Positions 1 through 9,583 of a stretch of 64,000 bases of DNA are shown piece after piece. The notes beneath the pieces are model-generated. The model did not search any database. It was not told the DNA's origin and saw only the letters and a list, made by a program, of their open reading frames with translations. The DNA is taken from contig CP009479.1 in assembly GCA_000965745.1 (NCBI GenBank), positions 512,001 to 576,000 on the forward strand, in the 5' to 3' direction. Origin of the DNA: an uncultured archaeon (GTDB lineage Archaea > Thermoplasmatota > Thermoplasmata > Thermoplasmatales > Thermoplasmataceae). Position 1 is the first letter of the stretch. Each line of letters begins with the position of its first letter. The position numbers were made by a program, and so were the translations under genes.

Positions 1-2
1 CT

Positions 3-170
3 ATGGCACCTATCGGGGGAAACATAGTTGGACATACCGCTACTTTCAGGGTTTATTTGAGAAAGGGGAAGGCCGGAAAGAGAATTGCAAGGCTGATAGA
101 TTCCCCCTATCTTCCTGAGGGAGAGACGGTAATCCAGCTTTCGGAGAACGGCATACTGGACGGAGTGTGA
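3..170 (+). CDS. radA: DNA repair and recombination protein RadA, C-terminal end (gene starts before window)
   Basis: Manual translation: ...[54 protein letters not shown], the conserved RadA/Rad51 C-terminus. Confidence 0.95.
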   Translation: MAPIGGNIVGHTATFRVYLRKGKAGKRIARLIDSPYLPEGETVIQLSENGILDGV

Positions 171-276
171 CCTCCTTCCACCTTTTTACACTGCAATCAG
201 ATTTTTATATTATCAGACGGCAGGATTGCCAGAAAAAGAAGATTTAACATACCAATTCAGGGTACATGGTTATCCA

Positions 277-789
277 ATGTGGAAATACATTAAAGATGAG
301 TTTTCCAAACAGCCATCTCAGCTGAAAGTGGTAATGAAGCTGATATCAATCGGCCTTCGTGTCGTAAATTCCGACGGCGAGGTAAAAATATTCTGCGACG
401 ACATAGAGATAAAGCCAAACAGCCTCGCAAAGGCCCTCAAAGTAGACAGGAGGGTGGTTGTGGAGGTGATGGAGAAAATAGTCAGGGACAGTACACTCGG
501 CCCGTTTTTCAAAGAACTATTCCCAGTTGCCAACCTCGGAAGGGCAAGCTCAAAAATGGGATTTGGTGTTATCCAGATAGTCCCCGATTCAGCAACCAGG
601 CCTGCAATAATTTCCGGCGTATCACAGATTATAGCGCGTGAAGGGATCAGCATAAGGCAGGTCATAATGGATGATCCGGAAATAAATGAAGATCCAAGGG
701 GAATAATAGTCACTGACAGCCCCGTGCCTGCCACACTTCTTCCTGAAATCCGCAGGGTGCCCGGCGTCGAGGCTGTAGTGATACTCTGA
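277..789 (+). CDS. ACT-domain putative regulator of amino acid metabolism (COG2150-like)
   Basis: ATG at 277 (MWKYIKDEF...); N-terminal HTH-like LAKALKVDRRVV and C-terminal ACT-like fold (ISIRQVIMDDP...PGVEAVVI). Confidence 0.8.
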   Translation: MWKYIKDEFSKQPSQLKVVMKLISIGLRVVNSDGEVKIFCDDIEIKPNSLAKALKVDRRVVVEVMEKIVRDSTLGPFFKELFPVANLGRASSKMGFGVIQIVPDSATRPAIISGVSQIIAREGISIRQVIMDDPEINEDPRGIIVTDSPVPATLLPEIRRVPGVEAVVIL

Positions 790-793
790 AATC

Positions 794-1726
794 TCATAGA
801 TTCGCTTTCAGGACACGGTAAGCGTTCTTCCAGAAAACATCCTCTGCATGCTCGCCAAGCTTTTCAGCGAGGTTGTTGAGTTTTGACAGGTTCTCGAAAT
901 CTTTTGGTGTATCAGGGATTCCCAGAAAATCAGTCCCTAGAGAGACGTACTGCCATCCGAATGTATCTCCGATGTAATTTACGTGCTTCACCATGTCTTC
1001 TATGCTAGGGTCGTCGGATAGAGTGGCCCTGATAGCTGTCACCCCTATCGTTCCGTTCTTCTTCACGACCGCCTCAATTGTCTCATCGTCCAGGTTTCGG
1101 GCATGGTCGTGCACACCCTTTGCGTTAGTGTGGGACACAAGAATAGGCTTTGAAGAGACTTCAGCTGCTTGAATGATTGAATTCTTGCTTGCATGAGCCC
1201 CATCTACAACAATTCCGTTCTCGTTGCAGATCTTTATGGCGTCCTCGCCCGATCCGGTAAGCCCGTAATCCTTTCTTGACATGCATGAGGCCGCAAATTT
1301 GTTGTCGTAATTCCAGCAGAGGCCCATTGACCTCATGCCCAATTCCTTCAGCATGTATACGTCGTATGGATCCGTAAGCGCGTCAAGCCCCTCCAGGGCT
1401 ATGAGAAATTTCAGGCCCCCCTTGTCGAGATCTGGCGCACTTCGTACTATGGTTCCAAGATTTGCCCTCTCGAAATAGTGATAAAGTTTGATCTGCTCCA
1501 TCATTATGTGGAATAGTGGTGCAGTCGATGGCTGCTTTGACCCATATTTCTTTGAAAGCATGTCGCTTCTCTCATTCCATGTGCCGACGTGCGGAAACAA
1601 AACCGAGAAAACTGTAGCGTCACCCAGGTCGGCCAGAGCTTTGATGCTTGACTGCTTTGAATCCTCCCGGACGTCTGTGGTCTGGGACGTAAAAGCAAGG
1701 TCTTCGTGCAGATCAATAACTTTCAT
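794..1726 (-). CDS. Membrane dipeptidase (peptidase M19, amidohydrolase fold)
   Basis: Motifs DLHED, ALEG, VDGAHAS, VSHTN, RNL, LGTDF. Confidence 0.9.
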   Translation of the reverse strand: MKVIDLHEDLAFTSQTTDVREDSKQSSIKALADLGDATVFSVLFPHVGTWNERSDMLSKKYGSKQPSTAPLFHIMMEQIKLYHYFERANLGTIVRSAPDLDKGGLKFLIALEGLDALTDPYDVYMLKELGMRSMGLCWNYDNKFAASCMSRKDYGLTGSGEDAIKICNENGIVVDGAHASKNSIIQAAEVSSKPILVSHTNAKGVHDHARNLDDETIEAVVKKNGTIGVTAIRATLSDDPSIEDMVKHVNYIGDTFGWQYVSLGTDFLGIPDTPKDFENLSKLNNLAEKLGEHAEDVFWKNAYRVLKANL

Positions 1727-1816
1727 GTGACCGCAATCGCCTTTTTATCTATAAATGTGAGGCTATGCCTGCATTGCTTCCCTCAATTGATGAATTCTGA
1801 GATGGTCTCATTGTGT

Positions 1817-3001
1817 TTACCCTGATTTACGTCGGTAGATTATGGCAGTAAATACTGCTGCTGCTATAACAACCGGCACTATGACATAGAACACATAGAA
1901 ACTGTTCGGGGGATGAGGTTTGCTGGCTGCCTGATTCACGTATATGGCACTCAGAGTACCCTTGCCGGAGTCTACCACATAGAGGTACCCCTTTTCAGAG
2001 ACGTAGCAGGCACCTGTTGGCCCCGAACTCAGGTTCAGCGTCTCCAGGGCCCTGAATGTTGTAAGATTATAGACTGAAAGCGTTCCCGCCAGCTCGTTTG
2101 TAACAAATAGATAATTCCCGGCATATGATGCCGATATGCTCGAAGGGTAGGCGCCCGTCGTCATATTTCCCTCAATGCCGTAAGTAGCTGCATTAATGGC
2201 GTACACCTGCTGCACCAGAGGAACTGCAGCATAAACTGCGTCTGTCCCTGATTCATAGAAGAGGTCCCCCACCTGTGCCGGGAATGTTATATTTCTAAGG
2301 ATCTTTCCCGTCGTTGCATCCAATACAACGACAGTCCCGTTTTCAAAGTTTGAGGCAAAAACTGTATTGTTTTGAGGATCATAGGCTATCCCTGGAACTG
2401 GATGCCTGTAGGTGCCATTATACAATCCTATGCTCACATTTCCAGACAGTTTCCCTTTCGAGAGATTTATCTTTTCATAGGTGAGGTTCAGCAGGTTCAG
2501 CAGGTAAATTGTGTCGGCATTGCCATTTATGGCCATCCTGCTGGAGAAAACTCCAGTGCTTATGTTCCCGCTGATTCTCAAGGTTTTCCCGTCAATAATG
2601 CTCAGCTTCTGGTTCAGGTTGCTGGCGTAAATATTTCCGTTCATGCTGTCATAAATTACGTCGAACGGCTCTCCACCGACGTGTAGAGTTTTCTTGAGTG
2701 ATAATTTGCTGCTGGAAATCACCGATATGTTTTGGAGCAGATTGGTAACGTAGAGGTCACCGGTGCTGTTGTCGTAAGCGATTCCAGCTTCTCCCTGGCT
2801 TGCAACAAGGTTGCTTTTTGGTACATAATTACCGTTGAAGACCGTACCGTTTCCCAACAATACAGTGTATTTAACGTAGGGGAGAGTGGATGCGGCATCT
2901 GATGTAGTACCCGCAACTGATGCCCCAAGCAGCCCGGGAAGCAACAGGGTTATGATAGCAGCTGCCGCCAGTGTACGTTTGCTGTCCACTAGATAAAACA
3001 C
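1817..3001 (-). CDS. YncE/YVTN-type beta-propeller surface protein with signal peptide and C-terminal membrane anchor
   Basis: Hydrophobic N-terminus, ~40-aa repeats (GIAYD..LYVTN...ISVI), many N-x-S/T sequons, C-terminal TM + RRK. Confidence 0.85.
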   Translation of the reverse strand: MFYLVDSKRTLAAAAIITLLLPGLLGASVAGTTSDAASTLPYVKYTVLLGNGTVFNGNYVPKSNLVASQGEAGIAYDNSTGDLYVTNLLQNISVISSSKLSLKKTLHVGGEPFDVIYDSMNGNIYASNLNQKLSIIDGKTLRISGNISTGVFSSRMAINGNADTIYLLNLLNLTYEKINLSKGKLSGNVSIGLYNGTYRHPVPGIAYDPQNNTVFASNFENGTVVVLDATTGKILRNITFPAQVGDLFYESGTDAVYAAVPLVQQVYAINAATYGIEGNMTTGAYPSSISASYAGNYLFVTNELAGTLSVYNLTTFRALETLNLSSGPTGACYVSEKGYLYVVDSGKGTLSAIYVNQAASKPHPPNSFYVFYVIVPVVIAAAVFTAIIYRRKSG

Positions 3002-3068
3002 AGCAACATGTTAGATATATATTTTGAATTGAAACGCTTTCATGGATCGTTCTTCCAGTGTGCAAGGG

Positions 3069-4160
3069 TCAGATATAATCCTCAAGCATCCCTCTGTAGA
3101 GTATATCTGAAACCGCGTCCAATTTACTCTTCAGGGTCATGTAGTCTTCGGATGTGACATTAACATGGCCGACTTTCCTCTTCCTCCTTACCCCGTTCTT
3201 GCCATACCAGTAGTACCTTGTCCCCTCTATAGACAGGATTTTTCTGATCTGCCATTCGTCCGGCTCTGTGCCTATTATGTTCTGAATGCCGCTTGGCAGG
3301 AAGAGTTCAGGATCGGGTATCGGCATCCCGGATATTGCCCTGATGTGTTGTTCGAACTGTGAAATGGAAGAGCCGTGAAGCGTGTGATGGCCTGTGTTAT
3401 GGACTCTCGGAGCAAATTCATTGATGATGGGCTTCCCTCCTGAAATGTAGAACTCTATTCCCATGACACCAACGTATTCGAGCTTCTGCATAAGGTTGCG
3501 GGCAATTTTCACCATGCCATGGTCCTCTATGGGGGCAGCATTATTGATCAGGATTGCAGATTTGTTCAGGTTAAAGGAGGGGCTGTGCCAGGCAAAATTG
3601 CCGTCTAGGTCTCTAGATGCTATCAGGGAAGCTTCATACTCGTAGTCTATGAACTCCTCTATGACATACTTGCCCTCGGGGATATCCCCTGAATGTGTTT
3701 CTTCCTCCTCGAAAAAGTATTGCCCTTTTCCATCATAGCCTCCGCTCACAGACTTGATGACACATTTCCCGAAGTCCCTCCTTGCATTCCAGAGTTCCTC
3801 GAGATTACCGGCTACCTCATACCGGGCAACGGGAAAGCCATTCTCCCTGAGATATTCCTTTTCAAGGGCCCTGTCCTTCTTCAGTTCCACGGGGAGGATC
3901 GACGGAAAAAGCTTTCCCTTGGACTCAGCATATTCAAGGGCTTCCTGCGAAACATGCTCGAATTCGTATGTAACTACGTCACACTTGTCAACAAATTCCC
4001 TGTAATCCCCAAGTTCAAAGAATCCGTCAGCTATCTTTGATGCGGGTCCGCCACGGTCCCTGTCCAGGACAAAATACCTGTTCTTGAGTTTTCGGCCTTC
4101 GAGTATCATCATCCAGCCAAGCTGGCCTGAGCCCATTATTCCTATGTCCATTGAGATCAC
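3069..4160 (-). CDS. purK: N5-carboxyaminoimidazole ribonucleotide synthase
   Basis: GSGQLG, TYEFEHV, GGYDGKGQ, NEFAPRVHNTGH, RKVGHVN; adjacent to purE. Confidence 0.97.
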   Translation of the reverse strand: MISMDIGIMGSGQLGWMMILEGRKLKNRYFVLDRDRGGPASKIADGFFELGDYREFVDKCDVVTYEFEHVSQEALEYAESKGKLFPSILPVELKKDRALEKEYLRENGFPVARYEVAGNLEELWNARRDFGKCVIKSVSGGYDGKGQYFFEEEETHSGDIPEGKYVIEEFIDYEYEASLIASRDLDGNFAWHSPSFNLNKSAILINNAAPIEDHGMVKIARNLMQKLEYVGVMGIEFYISGGKPIINEFAPRVHNTGHHTLHGSSISQFEQHIRAISGMPIPDPELFLPSGIQNIIGTEPDEWQIRKILSIEGTRYYWYGKNGVRRKRKVGHVNVTSEDYMTLKSKLDAVSDILYRGMLEDYI

Positions 4161-4181
4161 CCGTTTATCTTTCTGAATCTG

Positions 4182-4661
4182 TCATTCAGTGTCGAGTTTC
4201 TGGTTGAGAACTGAATTCTTCTGATTCTCCATGAATTCAGACACCTTTCTGCGTATCGCCTCATGCTTGATAGAGAGAATTCTCAAGGCGAGTAATGCCG
4301 CATTTTTAGAGTTTCCTATTGCCACTGTAGCAACTGGTATTCCTGATGGCATCTGGACAATCGACAGAAGCGAGTCGATTCCCTTCAGGTTCCTTGTCGG
4401 AACCGGTACGCCGATTACTGGCAGAGTGGTCATTGACGCAGTCATGCCAGGAAGGTGAGCTGCTCCACCAGCTCCTGCTATTATAACCTCAATCCCCCTG
4501 TCTGCGGCTGAGGAGGCGAATTCATACATGAGCTGCGGAGTCCTGTGTGCAGATACAATCCTTGCCTCAACTTCGACACCAAATTCCCTCAGGGTGTTTA
4601 TCGCATCGCTCATATGCTCGTAATCGCTCTTGCTACCCATTATGACTGCAGCCATGGCCAT
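4182..4661 (-). CDS. purE: N5-CAIR mutase
   Basis: [39 protein letters not shown]. Confidence 0.98.
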   Translation of the reverse strand: MAMAAVIMGSKSDYEHMSDAINTLREFGVEVEARIVSAHRTPQLMYEFASSAADRGIEVIIAGAGGAAHLPGMTASMTTLPVIGVPVPTRNLKGIDSLLSIVQMPSGIPVATVAIGNSKNAALLALRILSIKHEAIRRKVSEFMENQKNSVLNQKLDTE

Positions 4662-4764
4662 GTTTTTAGATGCGGTTCGGCTTTAAATGATTGCCGATAA
4701 CCACTTGAATTCAAAAAGGGAAAATTGGAACTACGCCCGAAGAATCGAGGAATTGCATGAAAAA

Positions 4765-5901
4765 TCAGCTTGAAAGGATGTTTTCAATTTCGCCGTTGTA
4801 GAATCCAAGAAATTTGAGCCTGTCCGCAACCTTCTGGTTGTCAAGTTCAAGGGCATACATCCTTTCCTGGTCTGCAGTGAAGGTCTTCATGCCATCCTTT
4901 ATTCTATCTCCGAGCAGCTCAAATACACGTTCTGACAGTTTTCCAAAGTTCTGGCTGGTAAGAATGTCTTCCCCGTCCACAGTCAGTGCGGAGAGCCTTA
5001 CCGGATTGGATCTGAGGGACCTGATGGAGTTGGAGAGAAGAGTGAGGGAGGTCTTTATTGCTTTTCCGTCCACATAGTTCTGGAGTGCAGGGTGTGAATT
5101 TATGTCCACAGTCTCATGCTCGTCCTTGTACTCTATCGCAAAAACTGCCTGTTGCCCGCTCCCTGACAGAACAAACCTCACATCGGACCTGCTTTCCTCG
5201 TCCCTGAATACTGCAATCATCGTTCCATGTGCAAATTCAGCGTTCACGAGTAGGTAACTGTCAAGTTTTTCCCTGTCTATTACGGTCTCCTTCGTGATCC
5301 ACGATGAAGACTGCCTTATCGGGATCCTCATTCCCTTGTACAGTCCCGAAAAATATAGAGGGCCTTCGAGAAGTTCTGTTTCAGCAGTGTTCAGGATAAT
5401 CTCATACTGGATGTTTCCCTGGCACTGCACCTTTCTTACTGCCTTGTATCCGCCGCTCACGTACCTTATGTACATAGCACTTTCTTCAATCGGGACGGGA
5501 TTGTCAAAGAGGAATGTCTCAGCCCCTTTCAGAGCCTTTGTAACGTATGAGGTGTTTGTGGAAGCAATCTCGTCTTCCTTTGAACGGAACTCGGCATTGA
5601 TCTTTTCCTTGTACTGCTCGAGTGCCGTCCTTGCAAACTTTGTAATGGCTTCGTTTGTCTGCTTGAATGGTTCAGAGGGATTTGCTTCGAAGTATTTCCT
5701 CAGGGGTTTTGTGATGTTTCTAAGGAGTTCGTCCACATCTGCTATCTTTTCAGAATGCTTCGTGTTGAGCTCATCCATCTGTTTTGAGGACAAATCCTGC
5801 CTGCTTGAAAACAGAACTGCCTCGTATAGATCCGTTATAACGCCCCGGAATAATGATGCGTTATCCTCTGTTCTTGTCTGAGTGTCAGGGATCATTGCCA
5901 C
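4765..5901 (-). CDS. Hypothetical protein (helical N-terminal half, beta-rich C-terminal half)
   Basis: 378-aa ORF with normal composition filling the gap; no motif recognised. Confidence 0.75.
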   Translation of the reverse strand: MAMIPDTQTRTEDNASLFRGVITDLYEAVLFSSRQDLSSKQMDELNTKHSEKIADVDELLRNITKPLRKYFEANPSEPFKQTNEAITKFARTALEQYKEKINAEFRSKEDEIASTNTSYVTKALKGAETFLFDNPVPIEESAMYIRYVSGGYKAVRKVQCQGNIQYEIILNTAETELLEGPLYFSGLYKGMRIPIRQSSSWITKETVIDREKLDSYLLVNAEFAHGTMIAVFRDEESRSDVRFVLSGSGQQAVFAIEYKDEHETVDINSHPALQNYVDGKAIKTSLTLLSNSIRSLRSNPVRLSALTVDGEDILTSQNFGKLSERVFELLGDRIKDGMKTFTADQERMYALELDNQKVADRLKFLGFYNGEIENILSS

Positions 5902-6060
5902 TATAGATCAAACTACTTATTAAGTGCTACTTTCAAAAGGTAAGGGCTGAGACACGATTCCTTGATCGCGCATAATTAATTCTGATTGGCAATTGTTTGT
6001 TTCTTTTCGTAAATATACTTATTAATCCGTAATCTCTCTTATGAAGCCGAGGTTGTAACA

Positions 6061-6528
6061 ATGGAACAGGCAGAAAATGGATTGGATGAGGAAATTGGAA
6101 GTCTTGTTCTCTCCGTTAAGGCGGTCATGCTGCTTTGCGGGAATTCAGTGGAATGCAAAAATGCATTAAGGGAAAGAATAAATACTATGCAGGACGAGGA
6201 AATAAACTCGTTCATAGACATATTCCAGAAACCTCCCAGAGGTATTGTGCCACAGATTTCAATAGCCATAGGCGAGGTTATACTCGCCTCCATACTACTC
6301 TTCGTCGGAGTTGGCATACTCACTCCTGCCCTAATTGGTTTCCAGGGGCCTGATGCTTTTCTGCACTACTTCGTGAGCACACAGATAGCGCTCATAAACG
6401 CGTTCCCGTACTTCCCCTTTGTAATTCTTACAGACTTCATAATAGCAATTGCACTGCTCTCAGCAGCCTTCTATGCCCTGAGGGAGTCTGCAGATCTCTT
6501 TGCAGACGCCGGTTTGAGGTACAGGTGA
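6061..6528 (+). CDS. Hypothetical membrane protein (2 TM)
   Basis: 155-aa ORF, two hydrophobic segments, 3 nt before the permease start. Confidence 0.75.
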   Translation: MEQAENGLDEEIGSLVLSVKAVMLLCGNSVECKNALRERINTMQDEEINSFIDIFQKPPRGIVPQISIAIGEVILASILLFVGVGILTPALIGFQGPDAFLHYFVSTQIALINAFPYFPFVILTDFIIAIALLSAAFYALRESADLFADAGLRYR

Positions 6529-6531
6529 TTC

Positions 6532-8364
6532 ATGGTCTCGGTGAAGAGGGTCCTGAGAAGACTTGCGTTTGCATACAAGATTGCAGCGTCCATTGTTGGG
6601 GCTGGGATCACTTTCTTTGCTTCAGACTACCTGATTGGGACAATAGCAGGATTCTTTGTCAAGGGGGACGTTGTCCTCTACGCCCCGGTTTTCCTCCTCT
6701 CCCTTTTTGCTGCCCTGATTACAGGAATAGAGCTTATATCATCACTGACCGGTTCAATAAAGGTCCGTTTTATACGGCCTGTAAGAAGGGCAGTAAGCAA
6801 GCCCATCCTTGGCTTCTTCAGCGTACTTTCCATAGGAATGGCCGCCACAATAGCTTCTCCCCTCTTTGTTCTTATCCCTGAGAACGTGATGCAGTTTGAG
6901 CTCATTTCCATTGCCTCGCTCATCATCTCCGCAACGCTCTCCACACTCATGGCACGGAATTACGGCACTCTTTACAAGTACTCCCATGAAAGAAATCTGG
7001 ATTCAGTGGGTGGCCCGTCTTTTGTGAGATCCGCCACAGGCCCCAAGAGCCTCAGGTACTTCCTCACCAGGCTTTCCCTTTGGCTTGCAAACACTGCTCT
7101 GGCCGCTTATTCAGCACTTCTTTTCAGCGATTTTGATTTCCAGATATTTCCGGGAGTGCTCAGCAGTTTTTCAATCGGGCCCATAACTGTCAACATCATT
7201 GTTGTTGTAGTGATTGCTCTCTTTGTATTCTGGTTCATAATAAACGCATTCTTCGAGAAGAAGTACACAAAGCTCATCGGGCTTGTGCAGGTCTTCCTTG
7301 TTGCCATTCTTGGTGTGATAATGATAAGCCAGACAATTCTGCTTGGAAGCAAGACTGGCTGGAATATGGCGCACCTGCTTCCGGTCCCGAAGAACTGGGC
7401 GTTTGACCTTATAATAAACGTTGGCTACGTGTATCTGCTTTTCTTCGGATTCCAGGAGATCCAGAGCGTTGAGAAGGAATCGATGCCTGAAGTGGAGATA
7501 AACCTGTTCAACTGGAAGAAGTTCAGGATAACAAAGGAAAACTACCTTCCGCTTACAATGGTGCTGGCCGTATCAGTTGGCTCCGCTATAGAGATATTCT
7601 ACGCAATAGCTGTGTTCTCAACGCATCCGAGCCAGCAGCTCATCGAGAAGGCTGCCATACCGGCAGTCACAATCTCCAGGCTGGTCCTGGGCAACGTGGG
7701 GGCCCTTACCATATCCATTGCATTCCTCATATCCACTGTCGGAACCTTTGTAACTGCTTTCGTCGCCTCGTCAAGGCACCTCAGGTCTCTGGGAGAGGAT
7801 GGCTTCCTGCCCCAGTCCATGAGTTCTGCGTCCTGGATTTTCAGCATACTCTTCATAGCGATCCTCTCGCTTGCAGGAGAGAATTTCCTTGTAAGCATAA
7901 TTGATTTTATGGCACTGATAAGCCTCTCAATCATTAACCTGTCACCCCTCTGGCTGAGAAAGGCGACCCTGACCACGCTCAAACGCTCGGATGGACTGCC
8001 GCTGTTCGTGGCGATGTTTTCCTTTGTTACCGCAATTGCTGAGTATTTCATCACCCCGTCGGTTGTGCTGTTCGGAGTGCTTGCGCTTGTTTTCGGGTAC
8101 CTGATATACGACCTGTTCCGGCTCGGCTCAATTGGGGTGCAGATCTTCACAATACTATTCGATCTGGTGTCTTTTCTGCTGTTATCCCTCATATCCACAA
8201 CGTCGTTCATACCTGAGACTCCGTATATTGCGCTTCCTGCATTCCTCACGACGCCCCACTTATTCCTGTTTCAGGCAGCCCTCATAATAGGGCCTGTGCT
8301 TATAGCCGAAAATCTGCTCATAGACATATTCATCCTTAAAAGAACAGGGCTTGTCAGCAAATGA
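6532..8364 (+). CDS. APC-superfamily amino acid permease
   Basis: Many TM helices; SIVGAGI (TM1), FFGFQ (TM6), SRHLRSLGEDGFLP. Confidence 0.85.
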   Translation: MVSVKRVLRRLAFAYKIAASIVGAGITFFASDYLIGTIAGFFVKGDVVLYAPVFLLSLFAALITGIELISSLTGSIKVRFIRPVRRAVSKPILGFFSVLSIGMAATIASPLFVLIPENVMQFELISIASLIISATLSTLMARNYGTLYKYSHERNLDSVGGPSFVRSATGPKSLRYFLTRLSLWLANTALAAYSALLFSDFDFQIFPGVLSSFSIGPITVNIIVVVVIALFVFWFIINAFFEKKYTKLIGLVQVFLVAILGVIMISQTILLGSKTGWNMAHLLPVPKNWAFDLIINVGYVYLLFFGFQEIQSVEKESMPEVEINLFNWKKFRITKENYLPLTMVLAVSVGSAIEIFYAIAVFSTHPSQQLIEKAAIPAVTISRLVLGNVGALTISIAFLISTVGTFVTAFVASSRHLRSLGEDGFLPQSMSSASWIFSILFIAILSLAGENFLVSIIDFMALISLSIINLSPLWLRKATLTTLKRSDGLPLFVAMFSFVTAIAEYFITPSVVLFGVLALVFGYLIYDLFRLGSIGVQIFTILFDLVSFLLLSLISTTSFIPETPYIALPAFLTTPHLFLFQAALIIGPVLIAENLLIDIFILKRTGLVSK

Positions 8365-8369
8365 TCTGG

Positions 8370-9425
8370 TCATCCTGAATGAAGCAGGGCCTCCAGTTCT
8401 TCCTTGGAATTTATGGTTCCGGAAGAGGCTTTCCTGATCCTGTTCATTATTGCAAGCCCCACTCCCCTTTCTGGAAAGGACTGAATCAGCCCGAAAGCCT
8501 TTGGGGTGCGCTCAAGTTTCCTGAACGCAGTAAAAAGGTTCCTTGCAATCTCGTAGAGGTTCTCTTCACTGCCCAGCGAGATTCCATCGACCGAAAGGCC
8601 CTCGAATTTTTCACTGCTCATAATAAGCATAGCTTTTTCGCCGACAGCCCCCGTGGGAAAGGACTTGATCAGTCCAGCATCAGAAAGTATGTACAACTCC
8701 CTGTCGGGAGAGTAATGCCTGTACTTCATGCCTGGCGTGATCGCTATTTCCGATGCGGATATGCCCCTGGCAACATCGCTTACAACAATATTGTCAAAGT
8801 ACGGTTCCAGATCCGCATGATCAAATGCTCCCGGCCTGAGCAGCTCGACCGGCTTCTTCATAGTGTTGATTATTGTTGACTCTATGCCGAAGAATGTGGG
8901 CCCGGCGTCAAGAATCATGTCAACGAGCCCGTCAAGTTCAGCTATCGCGTCTGCGGAATCCACGATACTTGGTCTTGTTGCTATGTTGGCGGAAGGGGCC
9001 GCTATCGGTACGCCGGACATCTCTATAAGCTTCAGGGCCAGGGGGTTTGCCGGCATCCTGACTGCCACGGTATCAAGGCCTGCCGTTACGTTGTCAGGTA
9101 TTCTGCTGCTCCTCTTCATCAGGACCGTGAGAGGGCCGGGCCAAATGCTGTCGAGAGCTCTCATCACTTCCGGGTCCTGTTCCGATGTGCAATCAAGCAG
9201 CTGACGCCTGTTAGCTACGTGGACGATCAGCGGATTGTCTTCCGGCCTGTTCTTCGCCTTGAAAATCTTGCTGCATGCCTCTGCCGAGTAGGCGTTCGCA
9301 CCAAGCCCGTACACCGTTTCAGTCGGAAAAACAACTGTACCGCCGTTTTTGATCACGCCTGATGCTTCCTTGAGAACCCCGATATCCGGATCTACCTGGT
9401 CGACTTTGACTACCCTGGTCTTCAT
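8370..9425 (-). CDS. sua5: L-threonylcarbamoyladenylate synthase (Sua5)
   Basis: FPTETVYGLGA, KNRPEDNPLIVH, WPGPLT, APSAN, PGMKYRHY. Confidence 0.97.
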   Translation of the reverse strand: MKTRVVKVDQVDPDIGVLKEASGVIKNGGTVVFPTETVYGLGANAYSAEACSKIFKAKNRPEDNPLIVHVANRRQLLDCTSEQDPEVMRALDSIWPGPLTVLMKRSSRIPDNVTAGLDTVAVRMPANPLALKLIEMSGVPIAAPSANIATRPSIVDSADAIAELDGLVDMILDAGPTFFGIESTIINTMKKPVELLRPGAFDHADLEPYFDNIVVSDVARGISASEIAITPGMKYRHYSPDRELYILSDAGLIKSFPTGAVGEKAMLIMSSEKFEGLSVDGISLGSEENLYEIARNLFTAFRKLERTPKAFGLIQSFPERGVGLAIMNRIRKASSGTINSKEELEALLHSG

Positions 9426-9583
9426 GGAATTTTATGGCAATAGTGTCAAGCGGATTAACTGTTTTGTTTCCCCTGTCCAAGGGGCCCGGCTAATTTTCCC
9501 GGTCCCGAAAGTCTGTTTGCTGATCCCTATAACATCATAAGAAGAACATTATATTACAATCGGCTAATTCTGATACTGGTATT

